DNA from: Peptostreptococcaceae bacterium
Lineage (GTDB): Bacteria; Bacillota; Clostridia; Peptostreptococcales; Peptostreptococcaceae
Direction of reading: 5' to 3'
Length of the DNA: 56,528 nt
Assembly: GCA_029983575.1 (NCBI GenBank)
Contig: JASBZE010000001.1
Span: 1 to 56,528, forward strand
The notes under the pieces are model-generated. The model saw only the letters and a list, made by a program, of their open reading frames with translations, was not told the origin of the DNA and did not search any database. Positions 17,887 through 26,708 of this stretch are shown in pieces. How positions within the stretch are numbered: position 1 is the stretch's first letter; the number at the start of each line of letters is the position of its first letter. A program made the translations under genes and the position numbers.

Positions 17887-19992
17887 ATGACAGATTACAG
17901 TTACACTCAAAATAGAGAGCTTTCATGGCTGAATTTTAATTTGAGAGTGATGGAGGAGGCGCTGGATAAAACAGTACCTCTATTTGAAAAACTAAAATTT
18001 TTTGGTATTTTTTGTTCTAATTTAGATGAATTTATGATGGTTAGAGTTGGTGGTTTAAGTGACCTTGCTTTGATTGACGATTCAAAATGTGACAACAAAA
18101 GCGGATTGACACCTTCAGAGCAGCTGAGGACCATCTATAGGGCACTTAGGGAGATATATAAAGAAAAGGATGAGGTATACTCAATAGTAGAACATGAATT
18201 TAGAAAAGAGGGTATATATAATCTAAAGATAGAAGAGTTATCAAAGGCACAGAGAAAAGCCGTACACAAGTATTTTAAAAATTACGCTCTTCCTATACTA
18301 ACTCCTCTTGCGATTGACGTGGCAAGGCCTTTTCCTTTTTTAGAGAATCTACAAGAGTATGTGATATTAGAACTAGAGAGAAAAGGAGTTAGGTCATATG
18401 GGATTATGGCGATTCCAAAGAATCTTCCTAAGTTAATCAAGTTACCGACTTCAACAGGGCACCCTTATATAAGAAGGTCTAATGTAATTTATGAATTTGT
18501 AGAGGATGCCTATCCAGATTACAAGATTATCTCAAAAAACATTATAAGAATCACAAGAAATATGGATCTTTCCGCCGATGATGAATTGGATTATGGAGAT
18601 GTCGACTACAGAAAGTTTATGAAGGATATACTCAAGAAAAGAAAGAGGCTTCAAGCTGTAAGAGTTGAGGTCAGCGGAGGAAAAAACGAAAATATCGTAA
18701 AATTCCTATGTGAACAACTCCATATTAGAGAAGAACAAATTCTTTCTTCAAATTCTCCTCTTTCTATGGAATACGTATCAGAGCTCAAGGATTACCTCGG
18801 TCAGGATTTTATATCTCAAAATTATTATGGAAACTACCTGCCAAGACTTGGCGACAAAATAGGTTTTTCGCATGATATTATCGGAGATCTCAAAAAAAAG
18901 GACTATCTTTTAAGCTATCCATATGATAGCATGGACAGTTTTTTGAAATTAATAGAACAGGCGGCTCAAGATGATAGGGTGGTTAGCATAAAGATAACTA
19001 TTTACAGGCTGGCTAAAAACTCTAGACTAGTCGACTCATTGTGCCGTGCTGCTGAAAATGGCAAAGAGGTATTGGTTCTTATGGAGTTGAGGGCTAGGTT
19101 TGATGAGGAGAGCAATCTGAACTACTCTAAGAAACTATTCGATGCGGGATGCAATATAATTTATGGTATGGCTGGTTTTAAAGTGCATTCAAAAATTGCC
19201 CTAATTACACTTAAGGACAATGATGGATGGTCTTATATAACTCAAATAGGAACAGGAAACTACAATGAACAAACATCTAACGGATATGCAGATTTTTGTT
19301 TGATGACATCAAATGATGAAATTGGGAAGGATGCAGTTAAGTTTTTTAAGAATTTGACTATAGGTAATTTGAATGTAAGCTACTCCCATCTCTTGCAATC
19401 TCCAAAAAATCTAAAAATATCTCTTTTAGAATCAATGGACAAAGAGATTTTAAAAGGAGAGGACGGCTTTATATTTTTTAAGATGAATTCACTTACGGAT
19501 AGAGATTTTATAGATAAACTAAAAGAAGCTTCAGAAAATGGAGTAAAAGTTCAGATGATCATCAGAGGAATTTGTTGTCTACTTCCTGGGAAGCTAGGAA
19601 AAACAGATAATATCGAAGCACATTCGGTAGTGGGAAGGTTTTTGGAACACGCGAGGGTTTATGTATTCGGCAAGGAAGACCCTACAGTGTACATGGGATC
19701 AGCCGATCTTATGACTAGAAATACCGAACACAGAGTAGAGCTTCTCTGTCCAGTCTTAGATCCAGTAATTAAAAATAGGGTTATAGATTATATGAATAAG
19801 CAGTTTGACGACAATGTAAAGGGAAGAAAATTTGGAGAAGATGGAGGACTACACAAAATTATAAACGAAGAGCCACCATTTAATTCGCAGGATTATTTTA
19901 TGAATGAAGAGTATAAGATAGAATGCGATAAAGAAGAAAAAAATTCTTTTTTAAGTGGATTGTCAAATTTTTTCAAAGGATTTGTTAAATAA
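17887..19992 (+). CDS. ppk: Polyphosphate kinase 1
   Basis: 701 aa. N-terminal NRELSWLNFNLRV motif and two PLD-like C-terminal domains with PPK1-like length and layout. Confidence 0.92.
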   Translation: MTDYSYTQNRELSWLNFNLRVMEEALDKTVPLFEKLKFFGIFCSNLDEFMMVRVGGLSDLALIDDSKCDNKSGLTPSEQLRTIYRALREIYKEKDEVYSIVEHEFRKEGIYNLKIEELSKAQRKAVHKYFKNYALPILTPLAIDVARPFPFLENLQEYVILELERKGVRSYGIMAIPKNLPKLIKLPTSTGHPYIRRSNVIYEFVEDAYPDYKIISKNIIRITRNMDLSADDELDYGDVDYRKFMKDILKKRKRLQAVRVEVSGGKNENIVKFLCEQLHIREEQILSSNSPLSMEYVSELKDYLGQDFISQNYYGNYLPRLGDKIGFSHDIIGDLKKKDYLLSYPYDSMDSFLKLIEQAAQDDRVVSIKITIYRLAKNSRLVDSLCRAAENGKEVLVLMELRARFDEESNLNYSKKLFDAGCNIIYGMAGFKVHSKIALITLKDNDGWSYITQIGTGNYNEQTSNGYADFCLMTSNDEIGKDAVKFFKNLTIGNLNVSYSHLLQSPKNLKISLLESMDKEILKGEDGFIFFKMNSLTDRDFIDKLKEASENGVKVQMIIRGICCLLPGKLGKTDNIEAHSVVGRFLEHARVYVFGKEDPTVYMGSADLMTRNTEHRVELLCPVLDPVIKNRVIDYMNKQFDDNVKGRKFGEDGGLHKIINEEPPFNSQDYFMNEEYKIECDKEEKNSFLSGLSNFFKGFVK

Positions 19993-20024
19993 ATAAGGGC
20001 ATTAATAAACCTCTAAATACACAC

Positions 20025-20067
20025 AAAAAACTAACTTACGATATTTTTCGTGAGTTAGTTTTTTTTG
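20025..20067 (+). terminator. Intrinsic terminator after ppk
   Basis: aaaaaactaacttacg / cgtgagttagtttttt stem (one wobble), followed by a T8 run. Confidence 0.8.
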
Positions 20068-20096
20068 GGGTAAACATAATTATACAGATATTCTCA

Positions 20097-20126
20097 TTGG
20101 TCTTTTTTTTCGCGATAATGTATAAT
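20097..20126 (+). promoter_or_regulatory. Candidate sigma-A promoter for the AAA+/VWA unit (TTGGTC-18 nt-TATAAT)
   Basis: TATAAT at 20121-20126 and a weak -35 at 20097-20102. Located between the ppk terminator and the AAA+ gene start. Confidence 0.4.
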
Positions 20127-20159
20127 TGAATTAACAAAAGTATAAGGATGGGTTTAATT

Positions 20160-21095
20160 ATGAGTAAAATAGACTTCATAGATTATTTAAAGAAAATAGA
20201 AGTTAATGAAAGATTTATAGATAAGATAATTGATTTTAGAGCAGAAGATGATATTTTAGACGATGACGCCAAGCAGAGGTTGGTTTCAAAGCCTAAGATT
20301 TTTTACGGTAGGGAAGTAATAAATAAGGCGATTGCAGGTATTTTATCGGGGCATCACATTCTTTTAAGCGGACCAAAGGCAACGGGTAAAAACCTATTGG
20401 CAGAAAACCTAGCCTATATCTTCAACAGGCCAATTTGGAATGTGTCAATAAATGTCGGAACGGACGCATCAAGTTTGATAGGAGAGGATACCTTCGTAGA
20501 CAATCAGGTTATTTTGAAAAAAGGACCTGTGATAAGAGGAGCTCAGATGGGAGGGTTCGTTATCTTAGATGAGATTAACATGGCAAAAAACGAGGCTATT
20601 TCCGTCCTTCACTCGGCACTTGACTACAGGAGGGAAATCGACGTACCAGGTTATGATTTATTTAAGCTAAAAGATAAGACCAGATTTATAGCGACAATGA
20701 ATTACGGATATTCAGGCACTAGGGAACTAAACGAAGCATTGGCATCTAGGTTTTTAATTATAGATGTGCCAATCATATCAAACGATAATCTAGAAAAGGT
20801 AATAGAAGATGACTTCAGCTTAGAAGATGATGTCAGGATTTCATTTGTAAAATTGTTTAAAGATCTTGAGATGAAGGCTCTGAACTCAGAAATATCATCA
20901 AAATCCGTGGATTTAAGGGGACTTTTATCTTCGCTCAAGGCGATTGAAGTTGGATTGGACTTATATAGCGCTTTGGAGATGGGTATATTGGATAAAAGTT
21001 TTGACTCTTATGAAAAAGAGATTATAAATGATGTGATAAAGATAAATTTTCCTCAGAACTTATCTGCAGAAGAGGTATTTAGAAGAGGAAATTAG
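20160..21095 (+). CDS. MoxR/CbbQ/NorQ-type AAA+ ATPase (AAA_5-like)
   Basis: Walker A LLSGPKATGKN and Walker B GFVILDEINMA. A single AAA+ module of about 310 aa. The SD spacing favours the ATG at 20160 over 20148. Confidence 0.8.
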   Translation: MSKIDFIDYLKKIEVNERFIDKIIDFRAEDDILDDDAKQRLVSKPKIFYGREVINKAIAGILSGHHILLSGPKATGKNLLAENLAYIFNRPIWNVSINVGTDASSLIGEDTFVDNQVILKKGPVIRGAQMGGFVILDEINMAKNEAISVLHSALDYRREIDVPGYDLFKLKDKTRFIATMNYGYSGTRELNEALASRFLIIDVPIISNDNLEKVIEDDFSLEDDVRISFVKLFKDLEMKALNSEISSKSVDLRGLLSSLKAIEVGLDLYSALEMGILDKSFDSYEKEIINDVIKINFPQNLSAEEVFRRGN

Positions 21096-21098
21096 GAG

Positions 21099-22898
21099 AT
21101 GATCAAAACGAGAAATTACGAAGAAATATCGATGATAAAAAGCCGAAAAAACAATATAGTATGGACCCTGTGGGAAGACTATTCAAAAACACCTCATCTG
21201 ATTTTTGATGAAGAAGATGACGATAGTTTTGTATTCTATAGATATATGTTGATCGGTGAAGCGTATAAACACATCAATATAAACGAACTCGCAGGATATA
21301 TCTACAATATAACTGAAAACACTGATCACGTAGATACTTTTTACAAGGTTTGTGAGCTCGCTTTAGATATGTGTTTTAAAGATAGCCTGATAAAATCGAG
21401 ACCTCAAGCGAAAATAATAAGGAATAAATTTATAGAGGACAACATCACTAGACTAAGCTCAAAGAAGTTTAAGGATTTAACAGCTGAAGAGGAAATAGAG
21501 TACGCATACTATTTAAGCCAAAAAAATGAGACTCTCTATTTCAGGGATGTAGTGAGGAAGATTATTATAAAAATAAGGAGCTTAGAGGGAGTTCACGATT
21601 ATGATAGGATAGTTTTTACTCTATCAGAGATCTTTGGTAAATATTTCTATATAAATTTAAACTTTAGAAATGAGCAAAATGATCCACTTGGGGAAAATGT
21701 CGTTTCTAAAGAGGATAAAATCAAAGTAGAAAACAAAAAGAAAAGTAGAAATCAAAGGGTAAAATCCGAAGATGAACTTGAGATTAATGAGGTTTTCTCC
21801 GCTGACTTCAGTACTGCTAACTTGATAGTGCTAGATAAAGACAAAGGCGATACTAAGGCCGAGATGGAAAATACAAGCGAGAAGGCGATTGTTTTTGATG
21901 ATATCGACGATTCTGTATTTAAGATAATAAATGAAACATATGGTTTGATGGATAGTAGATTTAAGCTATTTCAAAACTCCATAAACTACGACCTCAAAGG
22001 TATCCATGAGGGTTGTAAGGTATTTTTTTCAAGTGGAGTTCACCCTAAGACTCCTAATGGGAATTATTTTGGTAAGATTAAAGAAGAACAGAGAAATAAA
22101 AACATAGAATATTTCGAGTATAATTCAGCTAAGTTTAAAAGGGAGATTTCAAAGCTAAAGACGGTTATAACCAAATATATTTTAGAGGACATGGACATAT
22201 CAAAAAAAGTAAAAACTTATGGAACAGTTAATGCGAGCAGGATATGGAGGGCAAAGGCAGTCGGGGACAACAAGGTGTTCAATAAATACCAAAGAGATGA
22301 AGTAGGAAAACTCTACGTAGATATACTTCTAGACTCCAGTGCATCGCAGTCTGACAGGCTAGAAAAAATAAGTTCACAGGCCTTTATAATAGCCTCTGCA
22401 TTTAGAGAGTTAAATCTTCCGGTTAGAGTTGTAGGGTACAGGAGTTTGTTTAACTACACTGTAATAAATCTATTCAGGGATTATAACGATGAATTAAATA
22501 AAAATTGGGATATTTTTAATTTGGTTGGATCGGGAAGTAATAGGGATGGTCTGGCGTATAGAACTGTATACAATATTATAAACAAGGACACTAAGGCAAA
22601 TAGGTTGGTTATAATTTTGAGTGATGCCAAGCCAAATAATTCCGCCAAACTAAACAAAATCATGCCTCAAAGTACTGAGATTATGCCTTATACAGGGAAA
22701 GAAGCCATTGAGGATGCGGCAAAGGAAGTTTTTAATTACAAATTAAATAATATATCGGTATTGGGTATTTTTACAGGGAAAAAAGAGGATATCGATGCTG
22801 AAAAATTTATTTTTGGAAGTGATTTCGTATATATAAATAACATAGATAGATTTTCTACTGTTGTTGGTAACTATATAAAAGACAAGCTGTCAAAATAA
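21099..22898 (+). CDS. NorD/CbbO/CobT-type von Willebrand factor A (VWA) protein with a long unassigned N-terminal region
   Basis: The C-terminal ~200 aa carry the MIDAS DxSxS motif (LLDSSASQS), GSGSNRDGLAY and IILSDAKPNN motifs characteristic of the NorD/CobT VWA clade. Residues 1 to ~390 match no motif I recognise. Confidence 0.75.
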   Translation: MIKTRNYEEISMIKSRKNNIVWTLWEDYSKTPHLIFDEEDDDSFVFYRYMLIGEAYKHININELAGYIYNITENTDHVDTFYKVCELALDMCFKDSLIKSRPQAKIIRNKFIEDNITRLSSKKFKDLTAEEEIEYAYYLSQKNETLYFRDVVRKIIIKIRSLEGVHDYDRIVFTLSEIFGKYFYINLNFRNEQNDPLGENVVSKEDKIKVENKKKSRNQRVKSEDELEINEVFSADFSTANLIVLDKDKGDTKAEMENTSEKAIVFDDIDDSVFKIINETYGLMDSRFKLFQNSINYDLKGIHEGCKVFFSSGVHPKTPNGNYFGKIKEEQRNKNIEYFEYNSAKFKREISKLKTVITKYILEDMDISKKVKTYGTVNASRIWRAKAVGDNKVFNKYQRDEVGKLYVDILLDSSASQSDRLEKISSQAFIIASAFRELNLPVRVVGYRSLFNYTVINLFRDYNDELNKNWDIFNLVGSGSNRDGLAYRTVYNIINKDTKANRLVIILSDAKPNNSAKLNKIMPQSTEIMPYTGKEAIEDAAKEVFNYKLNNISVLGIFTGKKEDIDAEKFIFGSDFVYINNIDRFSTVVGNYIKDKLSK

Positions 22899-22940
22899 AA
22901 GATAGACTAATATATAATTGTGTTAAAGAGGGGTGCGATT

Positions 22941-23639
22941 ATGAGCGTTGGAGAAAATTTGAAAAAAATTAAAGATTCAGTTGAGGAAATAACAAAATCA
23001 TGTGGTAGGGAGCCAAATTCCGTAAAGATACTTCCGATTAGCAAAACTGTTGACGCAGAAGTAGTAAAAGAGGCTATTACCTATGGCCTTGAATCTGCTG
23101 GAGAGAACAAACCACAGGAGTTAGTAAAAAAATACGAAGTGATTGGAGATCAGATAAAATGGCATTTAGTCGGGCAGTTACAATCTAACAAGGTAAGGCA
23201 AATTATTGACAAGGTAGACCTCATTCATTCCGTGGATCGTATAAGTCTGTGTGATGAGTTAGAAAAAAGAGCTCAGAGAATAGGCAGGATAGTTGAGATA
23301 TTAATCCAGGTAAATATAACCAAGGAGGAAACTAAATCTGGGGTTTATGAGGAGTTTGCCGAGGAACTTATAGAGGATATATCAAAAAATTACAATAATA
23401 TAAAGGTGGTTGGACTGATGACAATGGCTCCAAATACCGATGACGAACAAGTTATAAGAGATTGTTTTAGAGGGCTTAAAAAACTAGCTGAAAAAATAGA
23501 CTCCCTAAGTTTAGAAAACGTAGAGATGAGGGAATTGTCTATGGGAATGTCAGGGGATTATAAAATAGCTATCGAAGAGGGTGCTACTATAATCAGAATA
23601 GGTACTGCTATATTTGGACCTAGGAAAAAGAGCGAATAA
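22941..23639 (+). CDS. yggS: YggS/YlmE-family pyridoxal-phosphate homeostasis protein
   Basis: About 232 aa. The ILPISKTV lysine motif and the conserved position upstream of sepF fit this family. The SD favours the ATG at 22941. Confidence 0.88.
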   Translation: MSVGENLKKIKDSVEEITKSCGREPNSVKILPISKTVDAEVVKEAITYGLESAGENKPQELVKKYEVIGDQIKWHLVGQLQSNKVRQIIDKVDLIHSVDRISLCDELEKRAQRIGRIVEILIQVNITKEETKSGVYEEFAEELIEDISKNYNNIKVVGLMTMAPNTDDEQVIRDCFRGLKKLAEKIDSLSLENVEMRELSMGMSGDYKIAIEEGATIIRIGTAIFGPRKKSE

Positions 23640-23794
23640 AATCTAAATAAAATTGATATTTTTAAAGAAAATAGTTATTCGAGGAGGTTTTGATATCACT
23701 ATTTTTAACAATAACCTAGCATTTTCAGTGCAAGATGTGGTATAATAAATTGAATTGAATGCGAAAAACAAAAAAACTACCAGGGAGGTTTCGA

Positions 23795-24283
23795 ATGGCT
23801 AATTTTATAAATAAAATGAAGGAATTTTTTACTGATCCTGAACAGTACGATGAGGTTCAAGACGGTTATGACGATAGATATGAGGAAGAGTACGAGGAGC
23901 AGGAGCCTGCTTACAGGCACGAGCAACACCAGCCACACCAAAGTTCTTACACTAAACACAATACTGGGAAGGTACTTAGTATACACACTAGCAATACTAT
24001 GAAGGTCGTAATAGTAGAACCAAAAAACTCTGATGACTGCCAAAAGATCGCGGATCATCTAAAGGATGGAAAAACAGTTATAGTTAACTTTGAAAAACTA
24101 GATAGTCCTGTAGATAAAAACTTGATATTCAACTTTATGAATGGAGCTGTTTACGTTCTAGAAGGAAGCATAAAGAAAGTATCTAGATCTATTTATATTT
24201 TAGCACCAAAAAATGTAGATGTTGACACAAATATTACAAAAGAGTTAGAGAGCAAGGCCGTTTTGCCATGGCAAACTAAGTAG
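23795..24283 (+). CDS. sepF: Cell division protein SepF
   Basis: Product begins MANFINKMKEFF. A Glu/Gln/His-rich linker is followed by the conserved SepF core (VIVEPKNSDDCQKIADHLKDGKTVIVNF). A GGGAGG SD precedes the ATG at 23795. An extended -10 TGgTATAAT lies at 23738-23746. Confidence 0.9.
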   Translation: MANFINKMKEFFTDPEQYDEVQDGYDDRYEEEYEEQEPAYRHEQHQPHQSSYTKHNTGKVLSIHTSNTMKVVIVEPKNSDDCQKIADHLKDGKTVIVNFEKLDSPVDKNLIFNFMNGAVYVLEGSIKKVSRSIYILAPKNVDVDTNITKELESKAVLPWQTK

Positions 24284-24294
24284 GAGATAATACT

Positions 24295-24573
24295 ATGTTT
24301 TCAATATTTATGGCACTAGCAAAAATATGTGACTTCGTTATACTCCTGATACTTGTACAGGTTGTTATGTCTTGGATTCCTACAAGAGGCGAAAATTTTT
24401 ACAAGATATACAACATACTAGAGAGCTTGACTAGTTTTATTATGGCTCCAATTAGAAATGTAATGTACAGGTTTATTTCTGGACCAGTTGACTTCTCTCC
24501 ACTAATAGCTACTTTGATTTTGATATTTTTTAAGAGGCTTTTTGTCAGTCTAGCATTAGGAGCTTTGTTTTAG
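24295..24573 (+). CDS. YggT/YlmG-family membrane protein
   Basis: 92 aa with two TM segments. Canonical position after sepF. Confidence 0.85.
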   Translation: MFSIFMALAKICDFVILLILVQVVMSWIPTRGENFYKIYNILESLTSFIMAPIRNVMYRFISGPVDFSPLIATLILIFFKRLFVSLALGALF

Positions 24574-24580
24574 GTGAGCT

Positions 24581-25369
24581 ATGTACGATAAAAATGAAAT
24601 AGTGGCCTATATAAGGGATGAAGATCTAAAAGTTAAGGTCCTTCGCGCGATCGATAAGGCGAGGGTCGCGTCAAAAAATCACGAGATAAAGGAAACTGAG
24701 TTTTTAAACCCATATGAGGTAAGGCACGTTTTGGCTGCGATGAATAATTTCAGAGAACTGTCTTCTCTAGCTTTTGGCGGTTATGATGAAGCTGAAAGAA
24801 AAAAAGTATTTATATATCCAGACTATCTTTATTTAGAAAAAGAGGATATGAAACTAGGTATATTAGAAATTACAGGAAACTTTAAATTCAATGATGTTTC
24901 GCATAGAAATTATCTTGGTTCGTTATTGTCGCTTGGCATCAAGAGAGAAAAAATCGGAGATATATTGATTTTTGACAATTGTTGCCAAGTTTTTTTAAGT
25001 GAAGACATCGTTGATTTTCTTTTGGTAAGTCTTGAGAGAATTGGGAAAAACAAGGTTACTGTCAGAAAGATAGGTTTAGATGACGTTAGGGTACCCGAAA
25101 AAAAATACAAGGATATCTTTATTACTGTGAGTTCAAACAGGCTCGACTCAATAGTGAGTTCAATTTGTGGAGTACCTAGAAAAGAAGGTCAAAATCTAAT
25201 AAAATCTGATATGGTTCACGTGGATTTTGAACCAGTGGATTCGCCATCTTTTGAAGTTGGGGATAAGTGTTTGATATCAGTTAGAAAACACGGAAGATTT
25301 TACATTGAAATCATGGATGGCACTACAAAAAAAGGTAGAATTAAAATACATGTAAAATTAGTACTGTAG
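24581..25369 (+). CDS. ylmH: YlmH-like S4-domain RNA-binding protein
   Basis: 262 aa with a C-terminal S4-like segment. Conserved position between yggT and divIVA. Confidence 0.8.
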   Translation: MYDKNEIVAYIRDEDLKVKVLRAIDKARVASKNHEIKETEFLNPYEVRHVLAAMNNFRELSSLAFGGYDEAERKKVFIYPDYLYLEKEDMKLGILEITGNFKFNDVSHRNYLGSLLSLGIKREKIGDILIFDNCCQVFLSEDIVDFLLVSLERIGKNKVTVRKIGLDDVRVPEKKYKDIFITVSSNRLDSIVSSICGVPRKEGQNLIKSDMVHVDFEPVDSPSFEVGDKCLISVRKHGRFYIEIMDGTTKKGRIKIHVKLVL

Positions 25370-25431
25370 ATCATAGATAATAGAAAATTAATGGCTTAGC
25401 CATATATAAAATAGATTAGGAAGTGATGTAT

Positions 25432-26382
25432 ATGTTTCAACCAGAAGATATAACAAATAAGGATTTTAAAAAGGCCTTTAGAGGTTTTGATCAAATGGAG
25501 GTACTCTTGTTTCTAGATGAATTAAGAGACGAGTATGAAGAGATTTTAAAAGAGAACGACGCATTAAAGGAGAAGGTAGCTCTCTTTGAAGGTCAAATAA
25601 GCAAGTACACCAATATTGAGACGACTTTAAAAGAAACACTTATTACAGCTCAGACTGCTGCTGAGGACACCACAAGTGCGGCGAATAGAAAGGCTAAGAT
25701 AATTGTTCAAGAGGCTGAGTTAAACGCTAGACAAATAATCGAAAATGCCAACAATGAAGTAGTAAGGATTAGAACTGAATATAATGAGTTAATAAAAGAG
25801 TTTAAAATATTTAGAAATAAATTTTTGTCATTGCTAGAGGATGAGGCAAGAAATGTCGATGAGATTTTTAGTGGGGTTGAAGATAACAATGCTTTTAAAT
25901 TTGCAGGCGAGATAGATGGATCTACATTCCCAAATCCAGAGACTATAAAGATAAGGGAGTTTGAAAAAAACATCGATCAAGAGGATGTAGTTAGTGATTA
26001 TAAACAGGACGCCAATGATATTGAAGTGTCAGATGTTGATATGAACGAAGAAACTACTGTGATGGATATGAATATATTAAATCATAACGGAGAAAATGAA
26101 GATGATATAGAAATTGCTAAGCCTGAGGAGATAAGTGATTTTATAAAAGAACAGGCAACAGCAACCAAAGATGACTCTTCTCAAGACATTACATTAGCTA
26201 AATTAGGAGATGACGCAAAAGAGGTAGGGCAAACAGCAACCAAAGATGATTCAAAAGAAGACTCAAAAATAAGTAAGCCTGATGAAGTTAGCGACGACAT
26301 CAAAAAGAAAGGTACAGCTACCGATGATAAATCAAAAGGCAAGTTAAATATAAATGACAACGGAGAGTTTATCAACGAATAA
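25432..26382 (+). CDS. divIVA: DivIVA-family cell division/polarity protein with a long acidic repetitive C-terminal extension
   Basis: The N-terminus MFQPEDITNKDFKKAFRGFDQMEV is the DivIVA lipid-binding domain signature, followed by a coiled coil. The AGGAAG SD fits the ATG at 25432. The ORF track begins at the GTG at 25423. Confidence 0.88.
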   Translation: MFQPEDITNKDFKKAFRGFDQMEVLLFLDELRDEYEEILKENDALKEKVALFEGQISKYTNIETTLKETLITAQTAAEDTTSAANRKAKIIVQEAELNARQIIENANNEVVRIRTEYNELIKEFKIFRNKFLSLLEDEARNVDEIFSGVEDNNAFKFAGEIDGSTFPNPETIKIREFEKNIDQEDVVSDYKQDANDIEVSDVDMNEETTVMDMNILNHNGENEDDIEIAKPEEISDFIKEQATATKDDSSQDITLAKLGDDAKEVGQTATKDDSKEDSKISKPDEVSDDIKKKGTATDDKSKGKLNINDNGEFINE

Positions 26383-26403
26383 AAATTATTTTTCAAAAAG
26401 GTG

Positions 26404-26432
26404 TTGACATTATATAAAAACTTGTGTAGAAT
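26404..26432 (+). promoter_or_regulatory. Sigma-A promoter of the ileS leader (TTGACA-17 nt-TAGAAT)
   Basis: Consensus -35 at 26404-26409, a 17-nt spacer, and the -10 TAGAAT at 26427-26432. Confidence 0.75.
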
Positions 26433-26439
26433 AATAAAA

Positions 26440-26690
26440 CATAAGATATAAAATATTTTGACAAATGTGAAGACGAAGACAGTAGCATAGATGGATATTT
26501 TCAGCGAGCCGTGTATGGTGTGAGACGGTAAAAGAAATTTATGTGAAAATCACTTCCGAGCATTTCCACTGAATAAAGTAAGTGGTAACGTGTGGTCGCG
26601 TTATAGACCTAGAGTGCTATAGAAATATAGAACTAGGGTGGTACCACGGATATTTCGTCCCTTGCTTAGGCAAGGGGCTTTTTTTATTAT
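26440..26690 (+). promoter_or_regulatory. T-box riboswitch leader, putative Ile (AUC) specifier, with terminator/antiterminator
   Basis: T-box sequence aactagggtggtaccacgg at 26631-26649. Stem I elements: gaagacgaagacagta and cagcgagcc..ggtgtgaga. Candidate specifier AUC at 26549-26551, followed by A. Terminator stem gtcccttgc/gcaaggggc at 26657-26678, followed by a T7 run. Confidence 0.85.
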
Positions 26691-26708
26691 AGGAAGGAGA
26701 TATTTATT

